DNA of 64,000 nucleotides from an uncultured Bacteroidaceae bacterium (GTDB lineage: Bacteria > CAIWAD01), in contig CAZMSD010000011.1 in NCBI GenBank assembly GCA_964568855.1, positions 13,512 through 77,511 on the forward strand. Direction: 5' to 3'. The notes beneath the pieces are model-generated. The model saw only the letters and a program-made list of their open reading frames with translations. It was not told the origin of the DNA and did no database searches. This document shows, one piece after another, positions 1 to 10,132 of this stretch. Position 1 is the stretch's first letter; each line of letters opens with the position of its first letter. Position numbers and translations under genes: made by a program.

Positions 1-368
1 TCCCGCGCATTTCCTGTTGCAGCTTCGTCGAGTTTCCGTCTGCGCCGTCTCTTGCCTGCCGGCTGAGCGGGCGTTTCTTCTGTTCGCTTTTCCTCTTCGG
101 GCTCTGGTTCCTCCCACAGGGGATGGCGCGTGTCACCGGTCAGGTCCTCGGGCTCGACCTTTTCCATCTGCAGGGACAGGCCCTGCAGCTCGAACTCCCG
201 CCGAAGCCCGACCACCTCGGACAGGTTGCGCTCCTTTAGCACGATGAAGGGAGGCCGGCGCAGGGCGCGCCGCAGAACCCCCTCCTTCACGCCGGTGACG
301 GCCCCCAGGCGGCGGATGATCCGCTGGTCCCGCGTCACGTCCATCAGATAGAGGTTGTAGCGCGCCAT
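1..368 (-). CDS. hypothetical protein, truncated by window edge
   Basis: ATG at 368 just after the M28 gene stop; reads MARYNLYLMDVTRDQRIIRRLGAVTGVKEG... and stays open to position 1. Confidence 0.6.
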   Translation of the reverse strand, partial: MARYNLYLMDVTRDQRIIRRLGAVTGVKEGVLRRALRRPPFIVLKERNLSEVVGLRREFELQGLSLQMEKVEPEDLTGDTRHPLWEEPEPEEEKRTEETPAQPAGKRRRRRKLDEAATGNAR

Positions 369-383
369 CCTGAAGTGCCGATC

Positions 384-2252
384 TTAGTCGGTGTTCCGCT
401 CGCCGAGTATCACCTCCACGCGCAGCGGGCGCTCGTCCCGCAGCACGCCGACGGTCAGTGTGTCACCCGGCCGGTAGTGCCGGATGGCAAAGGCGTAATC
501 GTGAATGTTGTCCACGCCGAAACGGCCGAAGGAGGTGATCAGGTCCCCCTGGCGCAGTCCCGCCGCTGCGGCCGGCGAGTTCTCCCGCACGCCGTTCACA
601 GGCAGGCCCTCTCCCCCGGCGCTCATGTAGCCGGGAATGATGCCGATGGCCGCACGGATTTTCCCCGTTCCACGCGCGCGACTCGCCGTCTTGCCTCCCG
701 CCGCGCCGGAAACCGATGTTCTCCCGCCCAGCGGATCGAAGCCCGCGTCCGCAACCGCGGACAGGTAGCGTTTCAGGAAGGCTCGTATGCGCGGCAGCTC
801 CGCCAGGTTCAACTTATCGAACGTGTCACCGGGTCGGTGGTAATCCTCGTGCGTTCCGGTGAAGAGCATCACGGACGGAATGCCCTGCTTGGCGAATGGA
901 CTGTGATCCCCGGCGTCCAGCACGCCCTCTCCCGAGTGCAGTTCGATCCCGTGTTCCGCCGCCAGGGATCCGGCCAGACTGTCCAGGCCCGGGGCTTCGC
1001 GCCCGCCCAGCAGCAGCAGCCGGGAATCGCGCAGGCGGCCCACCATGTCCATGTTGACCATGCAGACCGGCGCCGCCAATCCCCCGGGCAGGCGGTCGGC
1101 CAGCCGGCGTGCCCCCAGCATCCCCAGTTCTTCGGCACCGAAACAGGCAAACAGGATCCTCCTGGAGCCTGTTCGTCCTAGGTCGGCATTGGCCAGGTCC
1201 TCCGCCAGAGCCAGCAGCATGGCCGTTCCGGAGGCGTTGTCGTCGGCCCCGGGATGGATCTCGCCCCGGCCGTCCGCCCCGCGCCCCAGGTGGTCGTAGT
1301 GGGCGCCAGCCAGGAACCACTCGCGTTCCTCTTCCGCCGGGCCGTCCTCGCCGGGCAGGAGGCCCAGCACGTTCCAGGCCCGCCGCCAATCGCACCTGGA
1401 ATCCATCCGCAGGGACAGGGCGACAGGCTGCCCTCGGTTCTCCGCGGACTCAAGAGCCAGGGGCAACGGTGTCCGAAGGCGGTTCATTCGTGATACATAG
1501 CCGCGGAGGGTCAAGCCGGAACCCTCGAGCAGTCGATCGGTCAGGGCCTCGGAAACGGCTACCAGCGGGATTCCGCGGGGTCCGAAGCGCCAGTCCGGAC
1601 CGCTGTCGTCAATCGCCGTCGAGGCCTCCCGGAAGGGGCTGGCGGCCAGCAGCAGGGCCAGGGCGCCGCGCTTCTCGGCCTCCGCGATCTTGCGGTTCAG
1701 ATCGTAGTACACCGCCCACCTCTCGTCCGGTCGCTCGCCCCGCGGCCCGCCGCGCAGGACCAGCAGGATCCTGCCGCCCGGGTCCAGGTCGCCGTAATCG
1801 TCCCAGCCCAGGTCCGGCGCATGAATCCCGTAGCCGCAGACGACCACCTCGCCGCGGGCTTCCCCCGGTGCGGACGCGTCGAGCGCCATCCAATCCGACG
1901 GGGGCGCGGCTTGGGCATCGACCGCGGGGCGGTCCGTTCCGCTCACGAATTCGAAGCGGCTTCCCGGTCCATGTGTCACGGAGGCCACGAATTCGAACTC
2001 CTGCAGGTGCCCGTCCATCCCGGGAGGAGTCTCCAGGCCGATCGCCCGGAAGAGGCTGTCCAGCAGCAGGGCCGTTCGCTCGGCGCCGGGTTGGCCCGAG
2101 CGCCTGCCCTCGAAAGCCGGGGAGGAAAGGGTGCGGATCAACTTAACGGGATCTATCGCGCCCTCGGCTGGCGCTCCGCCGACGATTCCCCCGCACGCGA
2201 ATGCCAGCAGCAAGGACGCCGCCGCCCAGCGGCCGAGAGCGCAGCGGATCAT
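384..2252 (-). CDS. M28 family aminopeptidase with PA and C-terminal PDZ domains, secreted
   Basis: Signal peptide; GAHYDHLG, PGADDNASG, FGAEELG, NMDMVGR, DHSPF and YHRPGD M28 motifs; C-terminal PDZ (SPAAAAGLRQGDLI). Confidence 0.93.
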   Translation of the reverse strand: MIRCALGRWAAASLLLAFACGGIVGGAPAEGAIDPVKLIRTLSSPAFEGRRSGQPGAERTALLLDSLFRAIGLETPPGMDGHLQEFEFVASVTHGPGSRFEFVSGTDRPAVDAQAAPPSDWMALDASAPGEARGEVVVCGYGIHAPDLGWDDYGDLDPGGRILLVLRGGPRGERPDERWAVYYDLNRKIAEAEKRGALALLLAASPFREASTAIDDSGPDWRFGPRGIPLVAVSEALTDRLLEGSGLTLRGYVSRMNRLRTPLPLALESAENRGQPVALSLRMDSRCDWRRAWNVLGLLPGEDGPAEEEREWFLAGAHYDHLGRGADGRGEIHPGADDNASGTAMLLALAEDLANADLGRTGSRRILFACFGAEELGMLGARRLADRLPGGLAAPVCMVNMDMVGRLRDSRLLLLGGREAPGLDSLAGSLAAEHGIELHSGEGVLDAGDHSPFAKQGIPSVMLFTGTHEDYHRPGDTFDKLNLAELPRIRAFLKRYLSAVADAGFDPLGGRTSVSGAAGGKTASRARGTGKIRAAIGIIPGYMSAGGEGLPVNGVRENSPAAAAGLRQGDLITSFGRFGVDNIHDYAFAIRHYRPGDTLTVGVLRDERPLRVEVILGERNTD

Positions 2253-3679
2253 TGCGTCGTCCTTTCCGAACCAAAGACCATTCTTGCCGTTTCATGATTG
2301 GCCACGTACCAGGCATCGATCACTCGTCGCTCCTTCAATCCGGCGGCCACCGAATCGGCTTCGGACCTGCCGTCGAAGCGGCCCAGCCGGACCCTGAACC
2401 AGGCGGAGTTCTCACGCGGCCCCAGCAGGTAGACCCAGTACCCGGCTTGGCGCAGACGCAACGCCTCGGCCCTGGCCTGGGCGGAATCCTTGCTCGCCAT
2501 GACCTGGATCGTATAGCCCCTGCCCAGCGTGTCCGCCGGATCCGAGTAGTACTTGAGCGAGGGTCGACTGGCTGAACTCCCGCCGCCGGATCCGCGCTCA
2601 CCGATCCAGCGGACGCCAAGTGTCGCGACGATCACGACCGCGGCCAAAGCCAGCGCCGATGCACCCAGGCGGCGAACGGCCCTCCGGCGTTGGCCCTCTC
2701 CGGCGAACTCGACAAGATACGTCGCCACGCCGCCCAGGAGGTCGCGGGTTGCGGTCAGGAGCGAACCGGCGGTTCGCGCGGTTCTTTCCAGGGATGGAGG
2801 GGCGCCGGCCGGCGCGGCTTCGAGGGAAACCGCCGCCCCGCGCGCTGTCGCCGCCTCCAGGATTCCGAGTCTCCGCTCCAGGCTTCGCCGCGGCTTATGC
2901 GCCAGAGTGCTTCCCTTCAGTAGCGCATCCAGAAGATCCTTCGGCACCTGCGCGACCGCAAGAGCCCCCTCGTTGAGCGCGTTCGCCAGGAGATCCAGGC
3001 CAGCGTGCTCTCCGCGCCTGGCGGATTCGTAGAGCAAGGGCGCCACGCCGCTCAAACCGCGCAGACTCGGTCGGCGGGCTAGTTCACGGAAGAGTCCGGC
3101 CACTCGACCGGCGGGAATCACTCCACCGCGGGCATCCACCTTGTTCCACAGCTGCAGCACCTGCAGGGGCGGCACGGCGCCTTCCGGAACGAGTCCCGCC
3201 CCATGGGCCAGCGTATCCGTCGTGATTCCGCTCTCGTTTTCCTGCAACAGCGCCGCCAGGACCGCTCCGGTCTCCCGGCTGCAGGCATCCGGTTCCAGCT
3301 CGAGCAGGGCCCGCAGGACCTCGTTCCTGGTCCGGCGACGGATCCGCGCGCCCAGCAGGGGTGCTCGTGCATGAATCCTGGACAGGTGAGCCGTCAGTTC
3401 TTCCGGATCCCGCCGGTCGAGCGCCTCCCACTGCGCGTTCACCTGCCTGCAGGCGCGTCCTCTTCGCAGCCGCGCCAGCAGCAAGGCCGCCAGGAAGGCC
3501 AGGATGAGGGAGGCGGCAAGCAGGGCCCCGGCCGGAAGCGATACGGCGGGCGCACGCAGCACGATCCACCCGGTCGCGAGAAACAGCAGCCAGGCGGCGC
3601 CGGTCAAGACCAGCAGGCCGCCGGCGAGTTGCTGCAGGCGCACGGCCAGCAGTTGCAGTGTTACAGCCGCGCCGTTCAT
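2249..3679 (-). CDS. membrane protein with C-terminal SPOR peptidoglycan-binding domain
   Basis: Likely start MNGAAVT at 3679 overlapping the PBP stop (TGATG); TM helices; GYTIQVMAS...WFRVRLGRF SPOR motif. Confidence 0.8.
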   Translation of the reverse strand: MNGAAVTLQLLAVRLQQLAGGLLVLTGAAWLLFLATGWIVLRAPAVSLPAGALLAASLILAFLAALLLARLRRGRACRQVNAQWEALDRRDPEELTAHLSRIHARAPLLGARIRRRTRNEVLRALLELEPDACSRETGAVLAALLQENESGITTDTLAHGAGLVPEGAVPPLQVLQLWNKVDARGGVIPAGRVAGLFRELARRPSLRGLSGVAPLLYESARRGEHAGLDLLANALNEGALAVAQVPKDLLDALLKGSTLAHKPRRSLERRLGILEAATARGAAVSLEAAPAGAPPSLERTARTAGSLLTATRDLLGGVATYLVEFAGEGQRRRAVRRLGASALALAAVVIVATLGVRWIGERGSGGGSSASRPSLKYYSDPADTLGRGYTIQVMASKDSAQARAEALRLRQAGYWVYLLGPRENSAWFRVRLGRFDGRSEADSVAAGLKERRVIDAWYVANHETARMVFGSERTTQ

Positions 3680-5628
3680 CAATAGTCTATCATCCTCAGT
3701 GCGAGGCGGACTCCCGATTCGTCCTCCCCGCCCGTGACCAGGTCCACCTTGCGGAATTCGATCTCTTCGGGGATGCGGAAGACCTGGCTGTCGTAATACA
3801 AACGCTCGATTTCCGGCAGCAGGCCCTTGAAGATCTTCAGCGCTCCCCCCGCGCCCGTGATCCCGGCGACCCGGTTGATGCGCATCGGCCTGTTGTCCAG
3901 GTGCCCGATCCAGGACACCGTGCAGAGGTTGGGCATCACGGAACAGAACCAGCTGTCGCGGTAATCGTTGGTCGTGCCGGTCTTGCCGCCCAGTTCGCCG
4001 GGGTATCCCGCCTCCCGCAGCGAAATCCCCGTGCCCCTGCGCACGGCCTGCTGCAGGACGTCGACCACCAGGTAGCACTCCACCGGATCCAGCGCCTGGC
4101 GCTGTTCCGGCCGGAAGGCGAGCACGCGTTGTCCGTGTTGATCCTCGACCCAGCGGACGATCTGCGGCGCCGACCGGATTCCCCGGTTGGCGAATGTGGA
4201 ATAGACCGTCGCCAGTTCGATCGGGCTGCAGGCCAGCGCCCCCAGGGCCAGGGAGGGCACCGGCTTCAGCGGCGAGTCGATGCCGGCCGTGCGCGCGTTT
4301 TCCACCAGCTCGTCCGGGTCCATCTGCATCACGGTTTTCGCCATCACCACGTTCAGGCTGTGGATCACGCCGTAGGCCAGGGTGACCGGGCCGTGCTGGT
4401 TGTCGTCCCAGTTGCCGGGCTCCCAGGTCTGCCCGTAGCCGACGTCGAAGACCTCAACGCTGTCTACGACGACGTCCAGCGGCGACCGGCCGGCGCGGAG
4501 AGCCGTGTAGTACGTGAGGGGCTTGAAGGAGCTGCCCGGCTGACGGTTGGGGCCGGTGGCGCAGTTGAAGGCGGATTCCCCGTAATCCCGGCCTCCGACG
4601 ATCGCCAGGACTTCGCCGTTGAGCGGGTCCATCGCCACGAAAGCGCCCTGGAGCGGGTCGGCGCCCGCCAGTCGCTTCTCGATTTCGGCGCAGCGCCGCG
4701 TCACCTCGCGCTGGGCCAGGTCCTGCAGCCTGGAATCCACGCTGGTGTGGATCACGAGGCCGGCGTACGGTATCACACCGGGATCGTAGCCGCGCTCCTC
4801 GTAGCTTTCCCTGAGAATGGAGAGCACGTAATCGCGCAGGTGCCCGTTCTCGAAGCGCCGCCCGGGCAGCACGCTCACGGGACTCTCCGCCGCGCGGAGG
4901 GCGGTGGCCTGGTCCACCATGCCCAGCGTTTCCATGCGGGACAGAACCCAGTTGCGCCGGTTCCTGCAGTTGTCGGGCCGGATCCGCGGATGGAACCGTC
5001 CGGGGGCGTTGAGTACCGCCACCAGCGTGGCCGCCTCCTCCAGCGCCAGCGCAGCGGCGGTCTTGCCGAAGTATTCGCGGGCGGCGCTCTCCACGCCCAG
5101 GCAGCCGGAGCCGAAGTTGATCGTGTTGCAGTAGGCCTGCAGGATCTCACGCTTGCCGTAGCGCGACTCGAACTGGGCCGCCAGCAGCATTTCCCGCAGC
5201 TTGCGGTCCACTTCCTTCTTGAAGCTGAAGAAGTGGTTCTTGACGAGCTGCTGCGTGATCGTCGACCCGCCGATTCTGCGTCCCCGTACCAGGTTGTCCA
5301 GCAGGAGGCGCACCAGGGAGCGCTTGTCGATTCCGTGGTGCCGGTGGAAATCCGAGTCCTCGGCCGCCAGCAGGGCGTCGATGAAAAGGGGCGAAATACG
5401 GTCGAGGTCCACGGGCTCGCTGGTTCCGATCCGGGCCAGGACCCGGCCCGCGCGATCGAGTATCACGGTCTGCCGCGGGGGATCCAGTTCCTCGAGCCGC
5501 TCGGGCAGGCGCGGCAGGTCCCGGTAGACCAGCCCGGTGTAGACCAGTACCAGCAGTGCGCCCAGCGACAGCAGGGCGAGCATCAGGGCCGCGAGAATCC
5601 GGGCCAGCTGGATCACAGACCGAACCAA
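3679..5628 (-). CDS. class A penicillin-binding protein (transglycosylase-transpeptidase, PBP1A family)
   Basis: GT51 motifs AAEDSDF, GGSTITQQLVKN, RKLRE; transpeptidase motifs SxxK (GSSFKP), SxN (SLN), KTG (GKTGTT). Confidence 0.95.
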   Translation of the reverse strand: MVRSVIQLARILAALMLALLSLGALLVLVYTGLVYRDLPRLPERLEELDPPRQTVILDRAGRVLARIGTSEPVDLDRISPLFIDALLAAEDSDFHRHHGIDKRSLVRLLLDNLVRGRRIGGSTITQQLVKNHFFSFKKEVDRKLREMLLAAQFESRYGKREILQAYCNTINFGSGCLGVESAAREYFGKTAAALALEEAATLVAVLNAPGRFHPRIRPDNCRNRRNWVLSRMETLGMVDQATALRAAESPVSVLPGRRFENGHLRDYVLSILRESYEERGYDPGVIPYAGLVIHTSVDSRLQDLAQREVTRRCAEIEKRLAGADPLQGAFVAMDPLNGEVLAIVGGRDYGESAFNCATGPNRQPGSSFKPLTYYTALRAGRSPLDVVVDSVEVFDVGYGQTWEPGNWDDNQHGPVTLAYGVIHSLNVVMAKTVMQMDPDELVENARTAGIDSPLKPVPSLALGALACSPIELATVYSTFANRGIRSAPQIVRWVEDQHGQRVLAFRPEQRQALDPVECYLVVDVLQQAVRRGTGISLREAGYPGELGGKTGTTNDYRDSWFCSVMPNLCTVSWIGHLDNRPMRINRVAGITGAGGALKIFKGLLPEIERLYYDSQVFRIPEEIEFRKVDLVTGGEDESGVRLALRMIDY

Positions 5629-6524
5629 TCGCGCTCCTCTTCGTCGTCCGAATTCGCCTCGCCCGCGGGCTGGCCGGGGGCGCTTTCACCGCGCCCGGGG
5701 AGATCGTTCCATTCGTCGTCGCCCTCCCGCGTTTCCGGAAGAACCCGGTAGAGCACGTATTCCTCCCCGAGCACCGTCTCGCAGTAGATCTCCCCGTCGG
5801 CGGCGACGAAAATGCGCTTGAGGTCGAGGTCCTGGTCCAGCAGCAGCCGCGTGATGACGCGCTGCGCCGCCGGGGCCAGCAGGCCCGGGTATTCGAGCCA
5901 TTCCTCGGGATATATCTGCAGTACGCCCCTGTCCATCATGAACGGGTCCTCGCTCCGGGCGGTCTCCTCGATGGAATAGAAGGCCAGCAGCAGCGGATCC
6001 AGGGCGACCCTGCGCTCGGCCAGGGACGCGCCGGCCCGGTCGATGAACCTCATCGTGACCTGTCCCGCGACGCGGTCCGTCACCGAGAAGTCCACCGCGT
6101 ACAGGTCGCCCCGGTAGACGTAGTCGAGCAGGATTTCCGGGCTCAGCACCTCCGCGTGCAGGCGCTCGGGCAGGCCGTTGTACCAGCCGAGGAACTCGCG
6201 GCGCAGCATGCGCGCCTCCCCGTAGCGCAGCAGGAAGCGCCGCAGCGAGGGCAGCGAGCTCAACTCGCCCTCCTCCCGCCGCCGCTGCTCCTCGCTCCGG
6301 CCCAGGGTGTCCGCGAACTGGCTGCCCAGCTCGTGCAGGCTGCGGCGCTCGTGGGCCCTTCCGCTGGCGGGACGCCGATCGTTGCTCTGCTCGAGCCAGC
6401 CGCCGAGCAGGATTTCCGGCAGCGGGCTCCACAGCAGCAGGCCGAGGGCCAGCGCCAGCCCGGCCTGGCGGGCCAGCGCCTTCCAGGCGTCGTGTGTCAC
6501 GGAAGCATGTGGTTTTCCGGCCAT
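5613..6524 (-). CDS. hypothetical membrane-anchored protein
   Basis: 303-aa ORF between DUF58 and the PBP gene, N-terminal hydrophobic segment, in operon orientation. Confidence 0.7.
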   Translation of the reverse strand: MAGKPHASVTHDAWKALARQAGLALALGLLLWSPLPEILLGGWLEQSNDRRPASGRAHERRSLHELGSQFADTLGRSEEQRRREEGELSSLPSLRRFLLRYGEARMLRREFLGWYNGLPERLHAEVLSPEILLDYVYRGDLYAVDFSVTDRVAGQVTMRFIDRAGASLAERRVALDPLLLAFYSIEETARSEDPFMMDRGVLQIYPEEWLEYPGLLAPAAQRVITRLLLDQDLDLKRIFVAADGEIYCETVLGEEYVLYRVLPETREGDDEWNDLPGRGESAPGQPAGEANSDDEEERDWFGL

Positions 6525-6561
6525 GTCAGCCGATCAGCGGCGCGCCCGCGATTGGACGGCC

Positions 6562-7446
6562 TCAGGCGAGCCGCTTGCGTTTGATGAGGTACTCGAGCAG
6601 CACGCGGTCGAAATCGCGCGAGATGTCCACTTCCATGTAGTCGATCGCCTCCGCGCGGCAGCCCGCCTTGAGGCGCCGGCGGAACTCCCGGGCCTCGCGG
6701 TTGACCGCCTCCCGGACCAGCCGCGGATCCGCACTCAGGGTCTCGCCCGTCTCCAGGTCCCGGAAGCGTCCTCCATCCATCAGGCCGAAGTCGATCTCGG
6801 AGGGGTCCAGGATGTGAAACACGATCACCTCGTGCCCCTGGTGACGGAAGTGCTTGAGCCCCTGGAGCAGCTCGTTCTCGTCGTCCAGCAGGTCGCTGAC
6901 CAGGATCACCAGCCCGCGGCGCTTGAGGGATTCCGCCATCCGGTGCAGCGTGTTCGCGGTCTTGGTGCCGTGCGAGGGCCGGCTGTTCTCCAGGGCCGTG
7001 AGCAGCACGTTGAGGTAGCTGCGCACGCTGCGCGGCGGAATCTTGACCCGCAGCTCCTCGTCGAACAGCACCAGCCCCACTGCGTCCTGCTGCCTGATCA
7101 TCAGGTACATCAGCGAGGCGGCCAGCAGCGAAGCCCAGCGGTACTTGCTCAGGCCAGTGGTGCCGAAACCCATCGAGGCGCTGGCGTCCAGCAGCACGTA
7201 GCTGCGCAGGTTGGTCTCTTCCTCGTACTGCTTGACGTGATACCTGCCCGTTCGGGCGTAGAGCCTCCAGTCCACGTGGCGGATGTCGTCGCCCGGCATG
7301 TAGGGCCTGTGCTCCGAGAACTCGACGCTGAATCCGTGATACGGAGACCGATGAAGCCCGGTGATGAAGCCCTCCACCAGGTAGCGGGCGATCAGGTCCA
7401 GGGTCTTGAACCTCGCCAGGACGTCCGGGCTGAGCAGGGCGGCCAT
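6562..7446 (-). CDS. DUF58 domain protein (MoxR partner, vWA-like)
   Basis: GLHRSPYHGFSVEFSEHRPY, DIRHVDW, EEETN, LLDASASM, LVSDLL motifs. Confidence 0.93.
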   Translation of the reverse strand: MAALLSPDVLARFKTLDLIARYLVEGFITGLHRSPYHGFSVEFSEHRPYMPGDDIRHVDWRLYARTGRYHVKQYEEETNLRSYVLLDASASMGFGTTGLSKYRWASLLAASLMYLMIRQQDAVGLVLFDEELRVKIPPRSVRSYLNVLLTALENSRPSHGTKTANTLHRMAESLKRRGLVILVSDLLDDENELLQGLKHFRHQGHEVIVFHILDPSEIDFGLMDGGRFRDLETGETLSADPRLVREAVNREAREFRRRLKAGCRAEAIDYMEVDISRDFDRVLLEYLIKRKRLA

Positions 7447-7458
7447 CGCGGACTCCGC

Positions 7459-8445
7459 TCAGCTCTCGAGTAACCGGGCGATCACATCGTCGCTCTTGAT
7501 GCCCTCGGCTTCGGCGGCGAAGCTGGTCAGCACGCGGTGGCGCAGCACCGGCAGCGAGACCGCGCGCAGGTCGTCCTCGTCCGGCGTGGCGCGGCCGTGC
7601 AGGATCGCGCGGCACTTGGCGCCCAGCACAAGGTACTGGCTGGCCCGGGGACCGGCGCCCCAGCTCACCTGGTCGCGGACGAAATCGGGCGCGGCGCCGT
7701 CGGCGGGACGCGTCCGTGATACAAGTTCCACCGCCCGCCGGACCACGTTGTCCGCGACGGGGGTCTTGCGGACCAGCCCCTGCAATTCCAGGATGTGCTT
7801 CGCGCCGAGTACGGTCTCCGGCTGTGCTTCCACCGAACTGGTGGTGGACTTGACGATGGCAACCTCCTCGTCGAAGGCGGGGTAGTCCACGAGCAGCATG
7901 AACATGAAGCGGTCAAGTTGGGCTTCCGGCAGCGGGTAGGTGCCTTCCTGCTCGATGGGATTCTGGGTGGCCAGCACGAAGAACGGTTCGTCCAGGGGAT
8001 AGGTCTCGCCGGCCACGGTGACCTCGTGCTCCTGCATGGCCTGCAGCAGGGCGGACTGCGTCTTGGGCGGAGTGCGGTTGATCTCGTCGGCCAGCACGAT
8101 GTTGGCGAATACCGGCCCGCGGAAGAACTTGAAGGCCTTGCCCCCCGTGGTGTGATCCTCCTCGATGAGCTCGGTTCCCGTGATGTCGCTGGGCATCAGG
8201 TCCGGAGTGAACTGGATGCGGTTGAACTCGAGTTCCAGGACCCGCGAGAGGGTGCTGATCATCAGCGTCTTGGCCAGGCCGGGCACGCCCACCAGGAGAC
8301 AGTGCCCGCTGCAGAGCATGGCGATCAGCATCTGCTCCAGCACTTTCTCCTGCCCGATGATCACCCGGCCCATCTCCGTTCGGATCCGCGCGTAGGCCTC
8401 CTGCAGCCTGCCGACGGCCTCCATCCCGCTTTCGAATTCGCTCAA
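7459..8445 (-). CDS. MoxR family AAA+ ATPase
   Basis: GVPGLAKT, RIQFTPDLMPSDITG, LADEINR, ATQNPIEQEGTYPLPEAQLDRF. Confidence 0.96.
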   Translation of the reverse strand: MSEFESGMEAVGRLQEAYARIRTEMGRVIIGQEKVLEQMLIAMLCSGHCLLVGVPGLAKTLMISTLSRVLELEFNRIQFTPDLMPSDITGTELIEEDHTTGGKAFKFFRGPVFANIVLADEINRTPPKTQSALLQAMQEHEVTVAGETYPLDEPFFVLATQNPIEQEGTYPLPEAQLDRFMFMLLVDYPAFDEEVAIVKSTTSSVEAQPETVLGAKHILELQGLVRKTPVADNVVRRAVELVSRTRPADGAAPDFVRDQVSWGAGPRASQYLVLGAKCRAILHGRATPDEDDLRAVSLPVLRHRVLTSFAAEAEGIKSDDVIARLLES

Positions 8446-8499
8446 GTCTTCAGTCCTCGTGTTACATCCCGGAGGCGTGCTCCATGGCCCGCGGGCTCG

Positions 8500-9093
8500 T
8501 TACTTGTCTCGCAGCCAGGCTCCCAGGAAGCCCAGCAGGTCGTCGCGCCCGCGCCGGGTTTTCGTCGAGCAGCCCAGCACCTGCTTGACCGGGTAGGGCT
8601 TGAGCTGCCGCCTGGCCGAGAGCAGGACCTTCTCCTGCTCCGCCTTGCTCAGCTTGTCCATCTTGGTCAGTGCCACCACCGTGGGAATCATGTGGTAACA
8701 CAGCCACTCGACGCTCTGCCGGTCCAGCCTGGTCAGCAGGTGGCGCGCGTCGGTAAGCTGCACCACCAGCCGTCGTCGCGGACTGGTCAGGTAGCCCCCG
8801 ATCATCCCGGCCCACTCGGCGCGCAGTTCCCGGCTCGTGCGCGCCCACCCGTATCCCGGCAGGTCGACGAAGTACAGTTCGCGGTTCACGGTAAAATAGT
8901 TGACCAGCCGCGTCTTGCCCGGTTTGCCGGAGACCTTTGCCAGGGCCTTGCGCCCCAGCAGCAGGTTGATCAGGCTCGACTTGCCCACGTTCGAGCGGCC
9001 CACGAAGGCCACTTCGGGCAGTTCCGGCAGCGGCAGGCGGCGCGGATCGGCCAGGCTCGTCAAGAACTCGGAATGCTTGATGATCAGTGCCAC
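8500..9093 (-). CDS. engB: ribosome biogenesis GTP-binding protein YihA/YsxC
   Basis: GRSNVGKSSLIN, KPGKT, DLPGYG, TKMDKL. Confidence 0.96.
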   Translation of the reverse strand: MALIIKHSEFLTSLADPRRLPLPELPEVAFVGRSNVGKSSLINLLLGRKALAKVSGKPGKTRLVNYFTVNRELYFVDLPGYGWARTSRELRAEWAGMIGGYLTSPRRRLVVQLTDARHLLTRLDRQSVEWLCYHMIPTVVALTKMDKLSKAEQEKVLLSARRQLKPYPVKQVLGCSTKTRRGRDDLLGFLGAWLRDK

Positions 9094-9132
9094 TGGCCGG
9101 CCGGCGCCTTTCGAAATCGCGAGCTGGTATTC

Positions 9133-9876
9133 TTATCCGGTTTGCCGCGCCACGGCCTCCGCGGCCTTCCTGGCCGCCTCGGGGTCGCCCAGGTAGTAGT
9201 GCTTCAGCGGCTTGAGGTCCCCGTCGAGCTCGTAGACCAGGGGAATCCCCGTGGGGATATTCAGCCCGACGATCTCTTCGTCGCCGACCCGGTCCAGGTG
9301 CTTGACCAAAGCCCGCAGACTGTTGCCGTGGGCGGCGATCAGCACGCGGCGGCCGGCGCGGACCTGAGGCGCGATTTCCTCGTTCCAGTAGGGCAGGAAC
9401 CGCGCGATGGTGTCCTTGAGGGACTCGGTGTCGGGCAGAATGTCCGGATCCTCGAAGGCGTAGCGCGGATCGAAGCGGGGATGCCGCTGGTCGTCCCTGC
9501 TCAGCGGGGGAGGCGGCATATCGAAGCTGCGCCGCCAGATCTGGACCTGGTCCTTGCCGTGCTTCTCCACGGTCTCGATCTTGTCCAGGCCCTGCAGCGC
9601 GCCGTAATGCCGCTCGTTCAGACGCCAGCATCGATGAACCGGAATCCACATCTGGTCGAGTACGTCCAGCGCGACCCACAGCGTGCGGATGGCGCGTTTG
9701 AGTACGGAAGTGTAGGCCACGTCGAACACGTAGCCGTCTTCCTTCAGCAGGCGCCCGGCCTCCCTGGCCTCTTCCAGGCCTTTGTCCGAGAGGTCCTTGT
9801 CGGTCCAGCCGGTGAATCGGTTGGCCAGATTCCAGCTGCTCTGGCCGTGACGCAGCAACACGAGCTTGAACATCAT
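9133..9876 (-). CDS. gpmA: 2,3-bisphosphoglycerate-dependent phosphoglycerate mutase
   Basis: [33 protein letters not shown]. Confidence 0.98.
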   Translation of the reverse strand: MMFKLVLLRHGQSSWNLANRFTGWTDKDLSDKGLEEAREAGRLLKEDGYVFDVAYTSVLKRAIRTLWVALDVLDQMWIPVHRCWRLNERHYGALQGLDKIETVEKHGKDQVQIWRRSFDMPPPPLSRDDQRHPRFDPRYAFEDPDILPDTESLKDTIARFLPYWNEEIAPQVRAGRRVLIAAHGNSLRALVKHLDRVGDEEIVGLNIPTGIPLVYELDGDLKPLKHYYLGDPEAARKAAEAVARQTG

Positions 9877-9926
9877 TCCTCCAGCCTGACTGCTTCCAGT
9901 ACGGTCAAGATAGAAACCAACGAGAA

Positions 9927-9957
9927 AACCCCGACCCGCGGCGGCGGTATCGGGGTT
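9927..9957 (-). terminator. probable intrinsic terminator after tRNA-Asp
   Basis: 8-bp stem AACCCCGA/TCGGGGTT followed by TTCT on the minus strand. Confidence 0.6.
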
Positions 9958-9964
9958 CTGCTAA

Positions 9965-10038
9965 CGGTCCGGACGAGACTCGAACTCGCAACTTCCAGCG
10001 TGACAGGCTGGCGCTCTAACCAATTGAACTACCGGACC
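9965..10038 (-). tRNA. tRNA-Asp(GTC)
   Basis: Acceptor GGTCCGG/CCGGACC, anticodon arm CCAGC-CTGTCAC-GCTGG, T-loop TTCGAGT; CCA not encoded. Confidence 0.96.
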
Positions 10039-10057
10039 GGTTTTCGCGGATCGCGAG

Positions 10058-10132
10058 TGGGCGATACCGGATTCGAACCAGTGACCCCCTGCTTGTAAGG
10101 CAGGTGCTCTGAACCAGCTGAGCTAATCGCCC
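10058..10132 (-). tRNA. tRNA-Val(TAC)
   Basis: Acceptor GGGCGAT/ATCGCCC, anticodon arm CCTGC-CTTACAA-GCAGG, GGTTCGAATCC T-arm; full CCA not encoded. Confidence 0.96.

Noticed and set aside
3658-10098. Long ORFs antisense to real genes (e.g. 3658-5751 +, 7795-10098 +; also 15216-16529 +, 32893-35025 -, 34899-37073 -)
   Set aside because: Shadow ORFs expected from high-GC codon bias; the opposite strand carries clear family motifs and these do not
9965-10132. tRNA pair as an integration site for a genomic island
   Set aside because: No integrase and no duplicated tRNA 3' end in the window; core genes (gpmA, engB) follow directly
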